Shown here: positions 11,301 through 20,668 of the stretch, one piece after another
How positions within the stretch are numbered: the first letter of the stretch is position 1
Layout of the letters: each line of letters starts with the position of its first letter
Virus record (IMG/VR): IMGVR_UViG_3300023116_005307
Coordinates: 3,588 to 67,587 of that record
Source: a virus
DNA: 64,000 nucleotides
Reading direction: 5' to 3' (one strand)
Translations under genes and position numbers: made by a program
The notes under the pieces: generated by a model
Databases searched by the model: none
Told to the model about the DNA's origin: nothing
The model's input: the letters and a program-made list of their open reading frames with translations, nothing else

Positions 11301-11599
11301 CTACTGCTCCAAGTTGGCTTGTACAGCCTGAATGGTCAGGTCTTGCAGAAAGTGTTGCATTCGGAACAACTGGCAGAGGATTTATACAAGCAGAAGGCGA
11401 TATTGATTCGGTAGAATATACAATTACAGGACCTTCAGGAACCGCAACAGATGTTGTAGATTATACTCCTGGCTCATTCTATTTTACTCCTAACTATGGA
11501 TTTACAGCAGAAGGAGACCATACTGTGACAATGACTGTTACAGGGCCAGGCGGCTCTATTAGCGGTAGCGATACGGTCACAGTATTGCCGCCAACTTAA
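8372..11599 (+). CDS. Large virion protein with Calx-beta/Ig-like repeats and two DUF4214-like inserted modules
   Basis: Two TY.(L/V)TPS...NEG...TEG.ET..L.LDN repeats, C-terminal Ig/PKD-like segments, and motifs YGLFRLPDAAGIAYW and YGLFRKPRAEGIAYW. Confidence 0.7.
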   Translation: MAEVTAARINNLQSRIELILGNGSGTTGYGQLIQSSQVLPGDLIDADNLNNLYVDIIKARIHQVGPSDPSVTEIQIVLENQNVVADETSFIINDQGLESADPEGTKKGISDFESLMRKVETDKSNVHPSQASSQTAVTSTRTSTWNGLIFHEFTVTFGSSDARRHYFNTGGEIRIDPSNTNASTPKGLDWAALTNEVGIVRFNSLATAASSGSGTNIGNFGLTSSYQTIYTKIGAGSYSGVYAGNIFLVKARAVSETQISFRIEFNDVVGDNNVDNNVDGTLRSLITLFRATGDVSVPSPGVFTNVDLTGQTPTSGPTYVLTPSVSAVNEGSAFTITLSTFNVPTGSTVPYTITGISAADLVSGSLSGNFTIDNNGIGIETFAVVADFATEGVETFELALDNNLARTSVLINDSSAESGAATYIVTPSSTSINEGGTVSFILTTTNVTNGTQVPFTISGIQREDLSDGTYSLDDWYNEFRTSYLNGISKEDALEGFDFVYPYYNSNNQYQTQNWGTRYGLFRLPDAAGIAYWTDEYIRVHNKNGTAWENVFWSSVNYSTVPIAWIQANGTETDSSRSLTPNKTYLIGTGSGSGVTYTWDDWYAEFQAQYNWASTKEAVLSDKDFILNLYESNDAFSTSLGTRYGLFRKPRAEGIAYWVNDIQRGISRSTTQDNFFYSASLGTTPWGGLTDAERSLTQDKVFISAGNGVVYDRGTFGTVGDRGTPGGTLSDELQDAFTVYGNTAIKNYNPVADVITEGQETMTLTLDNHPAVSASITINDTSISGEPPITIDAPTITSWTFNRSVAYWGEPVFATWNVLNADSVTVSLAGPGISQIDTYTTLNGSSDIVIFEEADGTGNVTATLTASNAGGNVTATVTIPVNAPEPTISAFYPEPFGDIEIDTPVRLIYQVANATTASITTNYDVEYSDLPLPSGSTGATSFTLEEIGTKTATLTAQNSQGNTVSQTVSFEVLSSVEPTAPSWLVQPEWSGLAESVAFGTTGRGFIQAEGDIDSVEYTITGPSGTATDVVDYTPGSFYFTPNYGFTAEGDHTVTMTVTGPGGSISGSDTVTVLPPT
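9776..10537 (+). repeat. Copies 1 and 2 of a ~120-codon in-frame repeat module (copy 2 = 10154-10510)
   Basis: TYS/TW/LDDWY...GTRYGLFR...GIAYW...RSLT...DRG occurs twice here and once at 11727-12089. Confidence 0.85.
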
Positions 11600-11619
11600 T
11601 GAATGTAAAGACAACTTCA

Positions 11620-11627
11620 AATAAATA
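11620..11627 (+). promoter_or_regulatory. T4-late-like promoter (AATAAATA) followed by SD AAGGAG
   Basis: Intergenic ATAAATAGTA, then AAGGAG upstream of the TTG start at 11646. Confidence 0.55.
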
Positions 11628-11645
11628 GTAATAAGGAGAAACAAA

Positions 11646-12950
11646 TTGCCTGTTACTATTACTGCAAATAGATTTAATGACTTATATTCTCAAGTAGAAC
11701 AAATTCTTGGACCATCGACTCCTGCGACTTACAACTGGAACGATTGGTACGATGAATACAAAACTATATACTGGGGAAGTACACCTAAGGCAACTGTGCT
11801 TGCTTATAAAGATTTTGTTTTAAATTTATACGAAAGTAATGATGCTTTTAGTACAAATCTAGGCACCAGATATGGATTGTTTAGAAAGGCAAGAGCACTA
11901 GGTGTAGCATATTGGGTAAATGATTTGACCAACGGCTCTTCTAATCAAAACCTGATTAACAACTTTTTTACTTCTGCAAGTCTTAGCACAGTTATTCAGT
12001 CAGACGGTCAAACAGATGCTCAACGATCATTAACTTCTAGTAAAAGTTTTCTATATTCTGGAGTAGGAACTGTGGTATCAGATAGAGGAGAAGCTGGATA
12101 CGGCTATGGACAATCTCTATTAAGCACACCTGTCTCTTCCACGGTAGACATAATAGATGATGAAGAATATATAAATTTATATAAAGATATTATACGGATA
12201 GATGCCCATCAAAACGGCGATGGAATTACTATTGATCCTTATGTTGTAGGTGATTATGCAACAAATCTAGCATCAACTGATAAAGTAGAAGAATTATACA
12301 TATCAAATTTAGAAACCCAAGTTGGAGGTCTAGAAACTAATAGATTTGATATAGACATTACTAACCAGGCAGACATAGTTCCGTTGTTTGTACCTAGTGG
12401 GCTTTTTGTACTAGGGTCTACAAGAAGTTTACAATGGCGAACAGCTATAAGTCATATTTTTACAGTAGATTTTTCGAGCGAAACATCTTTAGATAGCTTT
12501 TTTAATTCGGGTGGAGAAATAAGAATGTCTTTGACATTAACGTACACTGGCGGAGAATTAAAAACCAACAACTGGAAAAATTTAATGGCAGATGTTGGGC
12601 AAATAAGAATGGGCTATAATAAAACACAGGATTCAGATGGAATTATATCTACTAAGGGTTACGCAGATCTAAGTTCTACTTATACAAGGGTTTACACAAG
12701 TTCTAGCACTACCAATTATTCAAATAATCAGATAGTTGTGGATGCTTTAAAAGTTGACGCTAATACTTTACAAATAAAATTGCAATGCCAAGATTTCCAT
12801 GGCGAAGGTATAGATGAATATGTAAAAGGAACAACAACGAGCCAAATGTTCCTAGCTGTACCTAATGGTGAAATACTAATTAATGGCGAAACTATTGACA
12901 CGGTCGTATATAGTGATGCTATTACAGGCACTACAGTAGCTAATTTCTAA
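11646..12950 (+). CDS. Virion structural protein, paralog of the 8372 N-terminal domain, with one inserted DUF4214-like module
   Basis: Shares ITA.R.N.L...LG...GYGQ, NLY.DII and FFNSGGEIR / YFNTGGEIR with gene 8372. Confidence 0.7.
   Translation: MPVTITANRFNDLYSQVEQILGPSTPATYNWNDWYDEYKTIYWGSTPKATVLAYKDFVLNLYESNDAFSTNLGTRYGLFRKARALGVAYWVNDLTNGSSNQNLINNFFTSASLSTVIQSDGQTDAQRSLTSSKSFLYSGVGTVVSDRGEAGYGYGQSLLSTPVSSTVDIIDDEEYINLYKDIIRIDAHQNGDGITIDPYVVGDYATNLASTDKVEELYISNLETQVGGLETNRFDIDITNQADIVPLFVPSGLFVLGSTRSLQWRTAISHIFTVDFSSETSLDSFFNSGGEIRMSLTLTYTGGELKTNNWKNLMADVGQIRMGYNKTQDSDGIISTKGYADLSSTYTRVYTSSSTTNYSNNQIVVDALKVDANTLQIKLQCQDFHGEGIDEYVKGTTTSQMFLAVPNGEILINGETIDTVVYSDAITGTTVANF
11727..12089 (+). 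repeat. Copy 3 of the in-frame repeat module
   Basis: KDFVLNLYESNDAFSTNLGTRYGLFRKARALGVAYWVND versus KDFILNLYESNDAFSTSLGTRYGLFRKPRAEGIAYWVND in copy 2. DNA similarity is obvious (agtaatgatgcttttagtacaa shared). Confidence 0.85.
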
Positions 12951-12962
12951 GCCAGTCTTTCA

Positions 12963-12991
12963 TTGACAACAAACAAATTATGTTATATACT
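12963..12991 (+). promoter_or_regulatory. Sigma70-type promoter heading the modification island
   Basis: TTGACA-17 nt-TATACT, then SD AGGAG before the ATG at 13020. Confidence 0.75.
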
Positions 12992-13019
12992 ATAGTAAAA
13001 GTATAGTAGGAGCACCTCT

Positions 13020-13373
13020 ATGGACGAACGTCTTAAAAAAGCACTCGATTTTAGTAATTATATGGTTACATTAAATAACCAAAAAAGGGTTTTAGAAGAA
13101 AAATATAATCAAGAACTTCTTTACTATCATAATGGGTCTCAGTTTACAGTAACAAGAGAATTAATTAACTTTTGTTATACATTACTATCAACAGGAAATA
13201 CAGAAGTTGTTCTCGTTGATGATAATAAATTGCCTGTACAAGTTATCGATCTCGAAGAGTTTCACTCAAATGTTCTTGACGTTTATTTTACAGCTTCTAA
13301 CAGTTACTACAACGAGTTTGTAGAACTAAAACAAAAAAGAACAGTAGAAAAATTAGTGGATGCAAATGAGTAA
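13020..13373 (+). CDS. Hypothetical phage protein
   Basis: 117-aa ORF with a good SD, first gene of the operon. Confidence 0.7.
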   Translation: MDERLKKALDFSNYMVTLNNQKRVLEEKYNQELLYYHNGSQFTVTRELINFCYTLLSTGNTEVVLVDDNKLPVQVIDLEEFHSNVLDVYFTASNSYYNEFVELKQKRTVEKLVDANE

Positions 13374-14220
13374 AGGTGTTATAGTATTTGCTAGAAATAA
13401 TTCAAATATTGATTATGTAAAACAAGCTTTTTATCTAGCTAAAAAAGTAAAGCAGCATCTCGGTCTACCTACATCTATCATTACGGATAATGTAGATTAT
13501 CTAAAAAAAACATATAATGAAAATGTTTTTGACAAAATAATAGAAATTGATTATGACCATAAAAAAAACTTACGTAACTTTTTCGACGGAGCATTATCAT
13601 CAAAATCTGATAATTTTAAAAATTCTTCAAGATCGTCAGCATACGATCTGACACCTTATGACGAAACGCTTTTGTTAGATAGTGATTTTATTATATCTAA
13701 TGATTTGTTTTTGAATTGTTTTCGTAGTAATCATGATTTATTATTATATAAGGATTCTTATGATTTAAGTGGTACTAGGAATACCAAAGAGTTTGAGTTT
13801 ATTAGCGATAGCGGTTGTGAATTTTATTGGGCAACCTGTGTGTTTTTTAGAAAAAACGAAACAAACAAGATGTTTTTTAATTTGATAAAACATATTCAAG
13901 AAGAGTGGCATCATTATAGAAGAGTTTACCAAATTCAATCTTTGTTGTTTAGAAATGACTTTGCATTTAGTATTGCAATACATATCCTAAATGGATTTAA
14001 AAAAGGAAACTTTGCAGCACAGATGCCAGGAAAACTAACATACATTACAGATCAAGATATTTTATGGAATATAGATAAAGAGAAAATGCTTTTCTTAGTT
14101 GCTAAAAAAGATTACATTGGTGAGTATCATGCTATCTCTACAAAAAATTTAAATGTACATGTTATGAATAAATTTAGTTTGTCACGTGTGATAGACAAGG
14201 AACTGGTAAATGAACAATAA
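13366..14220 (+). CDS. Putative GT-A glycosyltransferase (GT8/mannosyltransferase-like)
   Basis: TPYDETLLLDSD (DxD) motif. Paralog of the next gene. Confidence 0.6.
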   Translation: MSKGVIVFARNNSNIDYVKQAFYLAKKVKQHLGLPTSIITDNVDYLKKTYNENVFDKIIEIDYDHKKNLRNFFDGALSSKSDNFKNSSRSSAYDLTPYDETLLLDSDFIISNDLFLNCFRSNHDLLLYKDSYDLSGTRNTKEFEFISDSGCEFYWATCVFFRKNETNKMFFNLIKHIQEEWHHYRRVYQIQSLLFRNDFAFSIAIHILNGFKKGNFAAQMPGKLTYITDQDILWNIDKEKMLFLVAKKDYIGEYHAISTKNLNVHVMNKFSLSRVIDKELVNEQ

Positions 14221-15052
14221 AGGTTTTTTAGTATTAGCACAGAATTCTTCCTCTGGCGATTATATTATTCAATCTTGCCTTTTAGCAATGAGTTTAAAGG
14301 CGACAAATAATGCACCTATAAGTATTGTAACAAATGACGAAGTACCAGACAATTATAAATTTTTGTTTGATAATATAATTTCTATTCCGTTTGGTGACGA
14401 TGCAATAGACAAAGACTGGAAAATAGAAAATAGATGGAAACTGTATCATGCCACACCATATGAAGAAACAATTGTTTTAGATACAGATATGTTAGTTTTA
14501 GAAAATATAGATTCATGGTGGCAATTTTTAGAAAATTACGATGTTTATTATACAAGCAAGGTATATGACTATAGAGGAGATATTGCCGATACATCTTATT
14601 ATAGAAAAGCATTTGAGCAAAACAATTTACCAAATCTATATTCAGGATTCCACTATTTTAAGAAAAATGATTTTGGCATGAATTTTTATCAAGAATTAGA
14701 AACCGTTGTAAAAGATTATGGCAGATTTTATGAAACAGTAGTTAAAAAATCGACCCCTAGTTTTCCTAGTATGGATGTCTGTGCTGCAATAACAGCAATA
14801 AATCTAAATTGTACGAGCAAAATAACAAACAAATATGTTAAAAATCCTACATTTACTCATATGAAACCTTATTGTCAAGGATGGGAACAAGTAAACAAAA
14901 GTTGGTTAGACAAAGTAGGATGCTATATCAATCCTAAATGTGAAATAAAAATAGGAAATTTTTTGCAGTCAGGTATATTACATTATACAGAAAATGATTT
15001 TGTAAATAAAACTCCTGTGATAGAAAGATATAAGGTCTTACTCAATGTCTAA
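14210..15052 (+). CDS. Putative GT-A glycosyltransferase (GT8/mannosyltransferase-like)
   Basis: TPYEETIVLDTDM (DxD), NLYSGFHYF and FTHMKP motifs. Confidence 0.6.
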   Translation: MNNKGFLVLAQNSSSGDYIIQSCLLAMSLKATNNAPISIVTNDEVPDNYKFLFDNIISIPFGDDAIDKDWKIENRWKLYHATPYEETIVLDTDMLVLENIDSWWQFLENYDVYYTSKVYDYRGDIADTSYYRKAFEQNNLPNLYSGFHYFKKNDFGMNFYQELETVVKDYGRFYETVVKKSTPSFPSMDVCAAITAINLNCTSKITNKYVKNPTFTHMKPYCQGWEQVNKSWLDKVGCYINPKCEIKIGNFLQSGILHYTENDFVNKTPVIERYKVLLNV

Positions 15053-16382
15053 TTTAAAAGAATTACTTAATAGTATTAAAATACAACAAGCAAAACAAAA
15101 CGAAAGTTATGTTTCTTATGAAAAAGCAACAGGTAAAATTTATAAAATTACCAATCGGAGACCTTTAGATACCGAATACGAAATTGCACCAGTTGCTACA
15201 GAAATAGTAAAACCTATTTTAGAAGGAACAAAAAGTGTTTCTGATTTTGTAGTTGTATATGATTTTGTATTGAAACAGGTTGTTGTAAAAGAAATTAATT
15301 ATGAAGATCATTATAACAGTGCTAGCTCTTTTATTCATGAATTTTCAAGAACTAGCTCTAGTAACGAAGGACATTCTAGTTTAGAAAAAATATACGACGG
15401 TGTAAGTATAGATATTTTTATTAAGCAAGATAGATACAAAAAAGATCAATTAGTCTTTTATAATAACAATATATACAGATTTTTAAAAGACAACAAAGAA
15501 AATGAAGATTTTGACTTCAATAACGTATTACTTTTTGTTGAAGATGTAAAGTTATCAGATTTGTCAACAAAAGATCATACAGTGTCTTTAGAAGTTTCTG
15601 TACCAATATATGATGGAGTACATGTTGATGTATGGTATAATGAATTAGAACATGTGGCCGGACAACACGTCTATTATAATGGTAATGTATACAAAATTAA
15701 AAAAGACCAAGAAAGAAATACAAGTTTTAACGAAAGTAATTGTGAATTAATTGTAGAAAATGTAATTCTATACAATGATAGTAATAAGGAACTTGAATTT
15801 CAAGATCCAACTACCATAGGAGATAAATTTTTAGATAATAACAAACTATATATGATTGATGTGAATGAACTTGTACACAAAAGAGAATTTGGAGACATTT
15901 TTTTCTATTCTGGAAGTAATTTAATAGAATATAATAATGGGCTGAGTGTTATAAATTTAACTACAAAGGATATTTATTCTATAGAAAAAAACTATTTGAC
16001 CATACACAAAAGTAATGAGTTATCAAACGGAGACAAAGTTTTAGTAGGCAAAGAGCTATATAGCTTTCACATAGATAAAGAATATGATTTACTTATTAGA
16101 CAAAACAATAAATTAAAAAGATGGGAATTACTTTTAAACCCTACAACTAAAAAATTTATAAAACTTGCAGGTTATTCTACAAATGATACAGTATATTTTA
16201 GTATTACTGAAAAGTATGATCCAAATATCTTACTGAAGTCAATTACAGTATCTGTTGAACAATTGATTCAAGATGACGAAATTTATTTAAAATTTGAAGA
16301 TGATTGGGATCCTACTGATATGGAATTTAGTGTATATACTACAAAATATTTTGAAAATTATGGTCACGAGGTAATTAAATGA
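15045..16382 (+). CDS. Hypothetical protein with internal repeats (CBM5/12-like)
   Basis: Repeats YDGVSIDIF...DQLVFYNNNIY and YDGVHVDVW...GQHVYYNGNVY spaced 72 codons apart. Confidence 0.55.
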   Translation: MSNLKELLNSIKIQQAKQNESYVSYEKATGKIYKITNRRPLDTEYEIAPVATEIVKPILEGTKSVSDFVVVYDFVLKQVVVKEINYEDHYNSASSFIHEFSRTSSSNEGHSSLEKIYDGVSIDIFIKQDRYKKDQLVFYNNNIYRFLKDNKENEDFDFNNVLLFVEDVKLSDLSTKDHTVSLEVSVPIYDGVHVDVWYNELEHVAGQHVYYNGNVYKIKKDQERNTSFNESNCELIVENVILYNDSNKELEFQDPTTIGDKFLDNNKLYMIDVNELVHKREFGDIFFYSGSNLIEYNNGLSVINLTTKDIYSIEKNYLTIHKSNELSNGDKVLVGKELYSFHIDKEYDLLIRQNNKLKRWELLLNPTTKKFIKLAGYSTNDTVYFSITEKYDPNILLKSITVSVEQLIQDDEIYLKFEDDWDPTDMEFSVYTTKYFENYGHEVIK

Positions 16383-17299
16383 GCAAATTCAAACCTATCG
16401 ATTATGATATTATCTATCTATCATATGATGAACCTAATGCAGAAAAAAACTATGCAGATTTATGTAGCAAAGTTCCATGGGCAAAACGTGTGCATGGTGT
16501 AAAAGGTTCTGATGCAGCACACAAAGCCTGTGCAGAGTTATCAGAAACAGATCGATTTATTACTATAGACGGTGATAATATTATTGACGAAAAATTTCTA
16601 AACCAAGAAATAAATTTCGATGAACATACTGATTTGTCAAACTGTGTTATTAGTTGGGCAGGCAGAAATGCTGTAAATGGATTAATGTACGGTAACGGAG
16701 GGATTAAGTGCTGGCCCAAAGACTTTGTACTACGTATGCGCACTCATGAAAATGCAGATCCAAATAATGCTCATGCACAAGTAGACTTTTGTTGGGATGT
16801 ACAATATATTCAACAAAATAGTTGTTTTTCAGATGTTTATAATAACGCTACACCACATCAAGCATGGAGGGCAGGATTTAGAGAAGGCGTTAAGATGGCG
16901 CTTGATCGTGGTGTAAAAGTAAGTGTAGAAGAGTTCCATAAAAATCATTGGAAAAATTTGCATAGATTATATATTTGGCTTATGATAGGTGCTGATGTGG
17001 AAAATGGTCTATGGGCTATATATGGTGCTCGAGAAGGTCTGTGGAGAACTATGTGTACAGATTGGGATTATGTAAATGTTCGTGATTTTGATTATTTAAA
17101 CGAACATTGGGATGAGTTAATAGAAACTGTAACAGAAGAAAATTTAGAAAATGAAATAGAACTTTTAGGTGATATACTTATTGAAAAATTAGAGATTCCT
17201 ATATCTACTGTGCCACTAAGCGGATCCCAAAGTAAATTCTTCAAAGCAGTCTACACTAATCCTAACAGGATTGATGAAATTATCGATATAGAGGAATAA
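16379..17299 (+). CDS. Putative GT-A fold glycosyltransferase
   Basis: YDIIYLSYDEPNA...FITIDGDN (DxD)...NGLMYGNGGIK...AWRAGFRE. Paralog of 25291. Confidence 0.6.
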   Translation: MSKFKPIDYDIIYLSYDEPNAEKNYADLCSKVPWAKRVHGVKGSDAAHKACAELSETDRFITIDGDNIIDEKFLNQEINFDEHTDLSNCVISWAGRNAVNGLMYGNGGIKCWPKDFVLRMRTHENADPNNAHAQVDFCWDVQYIQQNSCFSDVYNNATPHQAWRAGFREGVKMALDRGVKVSVEEFHKNHWKNLHRLYIWLMIGADVENGLWAIYGAREGLWRTMCTDWDYVNVRDFDYLNEHWDELIETVTEENLENEIELLGDILIEKLEIPISTVPLSGSQSKFFKAVYTNPNRIDEIIDIEE

Positions 17300-17300
17300 T

Positions 17301-18575
17301 ATGGAAAAGGTTGCCATTTATACAAGAGATGATCTAACTGAAGATTACTGGCCTAGAGATCCTAAAGGATTTGCCCTTCACAACTTTCATTGCGGATTAA
17401 ATAAAGATCTATTATTAAAACATCCTGATAAATTTCAAGCGCACGGAGATCCTTATATAGCAGTAGGTGCAGTGCAAAACATAGCTCAAAAAGTTTATAC
17501 CTTTTTATCAAAAAAGAATTTTGCGTTTTTTAAAGGTAAGTATTATTTTCCTATACCTTGGAATCCTGTTCATAATGAGTTAAATTTAGATGATGTTATA
17601 GATATTCCTCAAGAACATTTAGACAACATTAAAAATGGTAGATGTAAAATACTTATGATTAACCATATGGAAGGCTGGAATCATGAATCTTTCTTTAAAA
17701 TAATTATAGATTATATAAAAGAAAGGTATAATTTATCATATAATAATTTTGTGATGATGACAGGTAATATGAAAGAACCTTCCTATCCAGTAAAGAACAT
17801 ATATTATAATTGGTGGGAGCAACAATATTTAGGACAAACTGATTTTAATGTAAACTATTTTGGTAGAGAAGGATTGTTCCATTTGCCAAGGAAAAATAGA
17901 CAACATAAATTTGTGTGTTTAAACAGGAGACCACATAAGCACCGTATAGTTCTTGCAAGTTTGCTTTCAAAATATAAACATAAAGGTGTTTTGACTTGTC
18001 ATAAGATTGTAGATGATACAACATATTATTGGGATAAAAATATAGCTGAAATATTAGAAGCAAAAGATAAATTGCCTGATGATACACTAGACAAAATTAC
18101 AGAATTAGAAAGCATTTTACCTCTAAGATTTAATGATGGAATTGATGCAAATGTAGAAAATCCTACAATAGATTTAAAAGTAGAAAAATTTTACGACTCA
18201 TACTTACACATAGTAACAGAAACCTACTTACCAAATGATCAAAATTTCTTTAGTGAAAAGATTTTTAAACCTATGATTTTTATGCAGCCTTTTATCTTAA
18301 TAGGTGCTCATAATGATCTTAATTCTTTAAGAAAATTAGGATATAAAACGTTTGATGGAATTATTGACGAAACATATGATACTATAGAAGATGAAATAGA
18401 TCGTTTTTTAGCAGCATATAAAGAGATTGAAAATATTATAAACAAATCTGATGCAGAACTTACTAAAATGTATGCAGATTGTTATGATATTTTGGTTCAT
18501 AATTACTGGCATTGGGTATATAGAACAAATACAATACATATAAATCTAAGACATGATTTATTAGAGGCACTATAA
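17301..18575 (+). CDS. Hypothetical protein, possible GT-B glycosyltransferase (GT10-like C-terminus)
   Basis: LNRRPHKHR...IVTET...FSEKIFKP...PFILIG...GYKTF motif set, shared with 20653 and 22489. Confidence 0.5.
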   Translation: MEKVAIYTRDDLTEDYWPRDPKGFALHNFHCGLNKDLLLKHPDKFQAHGDPYIAVGAVQNIAQKVYTFLSKKNFAFFKGKYYFPIPWNPVHNELNLDDVIDIPQEHLDNIKNGRCKILMINHMEGWNHESFFKIIIDYIKERYNLSYNNFVMMTGNMKEPSYPVKNIYYNWWEQQYLGQTDFNVNYFGREGLFHLPRKNRQHKFVCLNRRPHKHRIVLASLLSKYKHKGVLTCHKIVDDTTYYWDKNIAEILEAKDKLPDDTLDKITELESILPLRFNDGIDANVENPTIDLKVEKFYDSYLHIVTETYLPNDQNFFSEKIFKPMIFMQPFILIGAHNDLNSLRKLGYKTFDGIIDETYDTIEDEIDRFLAAYKEIENIINKSDAELTKMYADCYDILVHNYWHWVYRTNTIHINLRHDLLEAL

Positions 18576-18590
18576 AGTTGGATGCAGTAA

Positions 18591-19238
18591 ATGAAAAGAT
18601 TAGTAGCATTTGGATGTAGTTATGCTTACGGACACGGATTACAAGATTGTTGTGAAAAGGACGGACAACCTGGTCCGTTGCCTAGTAACTTTGCATGGCC
18701 TGCTGTAATAGCAAAAAAACTACATATAGAACTTAGTAATCAATCAAGACCAGGAAGTTCTAATATAGAAATTCTACATAAAATAAAAAGTTTTAGTTTT
18801 CGAAAAGATGACATATGTATAATACATTGGTCGTTTATAGAACGTTGGTGCAAAATTTTAGACCAAGTAGATAAAATAGGATATCAAACTATAGGACCAT
18901 GGCAAGATAATAAAATTGCAAAAAGTTTTTTTAACAGTATTTACAATGACACTACAGGAGTATTTCTTTCAAAAGTACATGCAGACTTCGTAGGATATTA
19001 TTTAAAAGACATAGGAATAAAATATATAAGTTTTGAACCGATTATATATCATACAGTGAGAAATACCCTAAAATTAAACTATACTACACCTCACGATTAT
19101 AAAAATTTATGTCATTTTCATAACAAACAACTTTATCCTTTTGCTGATACAGCGTTAGACAGCGCACATCCTGGTCCTGAAACACACAAACGATTTGCAG
19201 AATACATACTAGAGGAATATCCTTGGCTAAAAGATTAA
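18591..19238 (+). CDS. SGNH/GDSL hydrolase-like protein
   Basis: N-terminal AFGCSYAYG, N.SRPGSSN, and C-terminal DSAHPG (DxxH). Confidence 0.65.
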   Translation: MKRLVAFGCSYAYGHGLQDCCEKDGQPGPLPSNFAWPAVIAKKLHIELSNQSRPGSSNIEILHKIKSFSFRKDDICIIHWSFIERWCKILDQVDKIGYQTIGPWQDNKIAKSFFNSIYNDTTGVFLSKVHADFVGYYLKDIGIKYISFEPIIYHTVRNTLKLNYTTPHDYKNLCHFHNKQLYPFADTALDSAHPGPETHKRFAEYILEEYPWLKD

Positions 19239-20668
19239 CAGAAACAGACCCACAAGCAGCCGCACTAGAAGTGATTCCTTTGTTAGAGGAAATATCACCT
19301 AGTATGTGTATGGCTAAGTGGTTGTGGTCAAGTATTCATTTAACAACTGGACTTACTAACAGTTGTTTTCTACCACCTTTACATAAAATAGATGCAGCAG
19401 AAGTAGAAGTAAATCCTAAAGCATTACACAATACAGCACAAAAGAAACAAGAACGTGCTGCAATGCTATGCGGAGAAAAACCAGAAGGCTGCTCAACCTG
19501 TTGGCGTGTAGAAGCAATGCAGGGAGATCATCTTAGTGACAGATTTTATCGTTCGTCAGAGTCCTGGGCACAAGATGGTTGGGACGATGTAATTTCTAAA
19601 GGTGCAAAAGGTGATATTGAACCACGCTATCTAGAAGTAAACTTTAATCATGCTTGTAATCTAGCGTGTTCATACTGTTCTCCACATCTAAGTTCTAAGT
19701 GGGCAGAAGACATCGAAGCAAACGGTCCGTACCCTACTCTAGTACCACACAACAGTATAGATTACTTTAAGCAAACAGGACAATATCCAATCCCTGTTAG
19801 AGAACACAATCCATATGTAGAAGCATTTTGGAAATGGTGGCCTGAACTATATCCTAAACTAAAACATTTTCGTATGACAGGCGGTGAACCGTTACTTGAC
19901 AAGAATACATTTCGTGTATTAGACTATGTTGTAGACAACGGACGTCCTGATCTAGATATGAGCATTACTAGTAACGCTAGTGTGCCTGAAAAAAACTGGA
20001 ATCGCTTTGTAGACACTGTAAGTTTTATTACTGAATACAATAAATTAAATTCGTTTAGACTATTTGTAAGTGTAGACGGGTGGGGCAAGCAAGCAGAATA
20101 TATGCGCAACGGTCTAGACTTTGAACAGTTATGGAACAACGTAAACAACTATCTAGCAAAGACGCACAACGGTCTAGTAACGTTTATTATTACGTTTAAT
20201 ATGTTGAGCTTGCCAAGCATTAAACGCTTGCTAGAGGGCATATATGCGCTGCAAAAGGCCCATAACGTGCGTAAAGTACGCAGAGACGAAGACACAGGTA
20301 AATTAACGCACTACGGCAATCATCGTGTGTTTGTTGATACACCTGCACTACATCATCCTGCTTGGCAGAGCCTAAAACTTGCGCCACAAGAGTATTGGCA
20401 TTATGCAGAAGAAGCATTAGAGTTTATGAGAGCTCATCCTGATGGACAACGAGAAACACGATGGACAGGATTTAAACCGCACCAAATTGCTAGATTTGAA
20501 CGCTCAATAGAATTTATGAAACAAGGGTTTGCTACAGAACAAGAACGTACGGAAGCACAGCAAAACTTTGTAAAATTTTTTACAGAGTATGATAAGCGTC
20601 GCGGAATAGATTTTGAAACTACGTTTCCTGAATACAAGGAATTAAAAGATAAATGGAACAAAGATTAA
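19223..20668 (+). CDS. Radical SAM protein with N-terminal twitch/SPASM-like Cys domain
   Basis: CNLACSYC, MTGGEPLL, and extra cysteines C..KW...SC...CSTC. Confidence 0.9.
   Translation: MAKRLTETDPQAAALEVIPLLEEISPSMCMAKWLWSSIHLTTGLTNSCFLPPLHKIDAAEVEVNPKALHNTAQKKQERAAMLCGEKPEGCSTCWRVEAMQGDHLSDRFYRSSESWAQDGWDDVISKGAKGDIEPRYLEVNFNHACNLACSYCSPHLSSKWAEDIEANGPYPTLVPHNSIDYFKQTGQYPIPVREHNPYVEAFWKWWPELYPKLKHFRMTGGEPLLDKNTFRVLDYVVDNGRPDLDMSITSNASVPEKNWNRFVDTVSFITEYNKLNSFRLFVSVDGWGKQAEYMRNGLDFEQLWNNVNNYLAKTHNGLVTFIITFNMLSLPSIKRLLEGIYALQKAHNVRKVRRDEDTGKLTHYGNHRVFVDTPALHHPAWQSLKLAPQEYWHYAEEALEFMRAHPDGQRETRWTGFKPHQIARFERSIEFMKQGFATEQERTEAQQNFVKFFTEYDKRRGIDFETTFPEYKELKDKWNKD

Noticed and set aside
9776-12089. 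Repeat module as an intein or as a DGR template/variable repeat pair
   Set aside because: No Cys/Ser start or His-Asn end. Differences between copies are not adenine-specific, all copies are coding, and there is no reverse transcriptase in the window.
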